From positions 23,287,455-23,351,454 of the forward strand of contig OZ316897.1 in the NCBI GenBank assembly GCA_973895155.1: a DNA stretch of 64,000 bases, in the 5' to 3' direction. The stretch's first letter is position 1. Each line of letters starts with the position of its first letter. Made by a program: the position numbers and the translations under genes. Below, piece after piece: positions 61,641 through 64,000 of the stretch. This DNA comes from Marsupella aquatica (Eukaryota > Plantae > Marchantiophyta). The notes under the pieces were generated by a model. That model was given only the letters and a program-made list of their open reading frames with translations. It was not told the origin of the DNA and did no database searches.

Positions 61641-63285
61641 GTTACTAAATCCGAGAATGACTAGAAGGTTTTCAAGAGGTGATGATGTGACCTTGACAAT
61701 TGATGGAGATGATGTCGGTTGTGGGACAGTTCAGAAAATTAACCCCCAGGATAGGGTGCACAACATATTGTTGGGGGATAATCGAATTGGTGTGCTCATG
61801 GAGAAGGTTTTCGAGCCAACTCGAAAACTACCATTTCCACTACCAAGGGTAGAAAATCTTTTTGATGCCATTGACTCATGTGTTATTTGGGAGATCTCGT
61901 GCGCGTATCTCTCTATAACTCTAGATTCCCAAAAACGCATCAGTACTGGTAGTTGTTCAACTCGACCAGATAATAACTTGGATAAATCTCCTACAATTGT
62001 TATGGAGGATGCATCAAACACTCTAAGGCAAGGGGACGAGGTTGAAATGCTCATTGATGGGTGTTGTGTAGCCCTTGGAGTTATTTTCAAGGTAAATCCA
62101 AAGGACCGATGTCACAACATATTACTTGGTGAGTCTCGGATCAGTGTGAAAATCACTGATGTTATTCATGGTAGTAAGGCTTTACCTTACATACACAATG
62201 GGGCTGAAACAATTGAAGAGACAAAAGACTCATGGGTTCTCTGGGACTTGGCCGATGTTCATAAAAAAGGTTGGAATGTTGATGAAGGTAGAAAGTCTTC
62301 CTCTAAGAAGCAAGGTGATGGCGACGTTTTAATTGAGGAGAGTTTTGTCTCACATTCTCCATCAACAAAATCGACCAAAACTCATTCTGATTATTACCAA
62401 CGGTCCAATTGGATGTCAGAGTTGGTCGAATTATACATTGGTTCAGGACGATCGAGTAAGGTTGCCACTGGGACTATCACTGTGCCTCAAGCAACGGCGG
62501 CTGTTGATGATGAAATCCTGGGAGAAGACTATGTAGGGGTTGTTGTGAAAGATGTCATGGAATCGCAATACTTTCCAAGCATTCACAAGGGAGTAATTAG
62601 TTTGGTTCGATGGCGAATTGATCACACAAAACTAGTAGCAACTGGAAAAATTTTGTCAGACATTCTGGTAGAAGGTACAGAGAATATGGAGTCAATGGAT
62701 AGGGATGATCTGAATCCGGATCATGTGGTTGGATCCGCATCCGGATGTCGTCAAAGGCCATATAACTTCAACAAGAGGAATCAAGTTGATCCTGTTGAGA
62801 AGAAAAGGAGGCTCTTGCAAACCAAGGCAGTTTCAAAAACAACAGAAGCCGCAATTGATGAGATCAAAAGAGTAAATTGCTGCAAGCATAAATGTTGTCT
62901 CATTATGCCAAGGGAAGATATAGAAGATGTTAGGATGGAATTTCACGGGATGTCTAGCGAGTCCAAAACATCACACATTTTCAACCTCTTCCACTACAGA
63001 GAGGATGATGTTCGTGATAAGGGACACCATGTTCTCAAAGGTATGGTCATCTGTAAAGATGCATTTGCAACCATCCATGGTTTTAGTCACACCAAGTATT
63101 ATGATTACAAGAGAAGATACATGGAGGGTTGCAAAATTGGGTTCCATGGGAACACAGGCTTGAAGAAAACAAGGTCAAATACCTTGCATGCGCGAGCTCT
63201 TCTAGAGGCATTTCTGACTCAAAATGCAGAGCCAATGCCTCATATGCCTTATGGAGGGGCCCATGGGACAGACAGCATTGAGTAT
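61641..63285 (+). CDS. Putative DNA transposon protein: three TNP1/TnpA-like domains followed by a Sola-like (DUF7869-associated) transposase N-terminal region; interrupted by family B
   Basis: Three repeats of G.V...dp...hn..LG.....V....V......LP; then CCKHKCC..EDVRMEF..VICKDAFATIHGFS..FHGNTGLKK..AEPMPH. Acceptor tgcag at 61640. The catalytic core is not in the window. Confidence 0.55.
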
Positions 63286-64000
63286 TGTCACGCGATTGAC
63301 ATGGGTCTTAACACCAAAGACGTCACTATGGGTGCCAAAACCATCTCCTTGTACCTGAGGATCACGAAGGGATGCTGTGAAGGCAGGTAAACACCAATTT
63401 ATGCCCTTAACACCAGAATATCATAACAAGACTCCGTCACACATCACCCAAGCTCAATCCCTAAGAACCAAGGTTGGGAATCAGATCCGCGCTCATGATA
63501 GTTCTGGTGAGAAGGAGTCTTCATATCGGGCCCGTACACACAGGGCCTAGCGCTACGATGCGCATAGGTCTATACGTATGCTTACTGTCATAGGTATGTT
63601 TCTATTCCGCCGCCGGAATGTACCCATAAACCAGTGACTCTTGACTGATTCCCGGCTTAGGGACTTCTAAGCCATTGCCCCACCACTCTGCCATTCCACT
63701 CTCAGCAATCAGAGCTATGACAGTCCTCACCCAGCCCGCTTCAATGCACCCTGTACACCTCTCAGTGGCGCTGCTAGTCCCATCATACACTTAGATTGCC
63801 TCACACACACACACATCCATGAGAGAAATGAGGCTTGAGAGGAAAACTCAATTAGATTCAACAATGTGCACAATAGTTCACTGAGAACACTTGATCCGAA
63901 CAATAGGCCCGAAGGCTGTCTACTCCAGATTGCAGTGTGCTTGCCCCGCAAGCCCCATGCTTGCCATGCAAGCTCAATCCTGAACCTGAGCCCGACTCAC
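63286..64000 (-). mobile_element. Family B copy 2 (cut by the window end)
   Basis: tgtcacgcgattgacatggg... closely matches 4081-4797. The expected TSD is AGTAT (63281-63285). Confidence 0.9.

Overview
Eukaryotic land-plant genomic DNA, probably a bryophyte judging from the PPR style and TE content (inference). One clear host gene is present: an uninterrupted PLS-class PPR-DYW RNA-editing factor ORF (19063-21927, minus). The rest is mostly nested mobile DNA. (1) A degenerate Ty1/copia element (24846-34829). (2) A set of related TG...CA elements of 1.6-4.7 kb, most complete copies with 5-bp target-site duplications, that look like giant solo LTRs. Families A, C and D carry a single large ORF (plant-mobile-domain-like region plus coiled coil) and no RT or integrase; all four families (A-D) share a small hairpin near the 3' end. 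(3) CACTA and LINE fragments and several satellites. (4) Two intron-containing genes, each fusing a ParB-like domain to a bacterial-type beta-class N6/N4 DNA amino-methyltransferase domain (42663-47346 and 49769-59462). They lie next to an FCP1/NIF-like HAD phosphatase, a divergently oriented Sola-like transposase with three TnpA-like domains, and arrays of a 25-bp palindrome. All domain calls come from motif recognition by eye, not from database searches.
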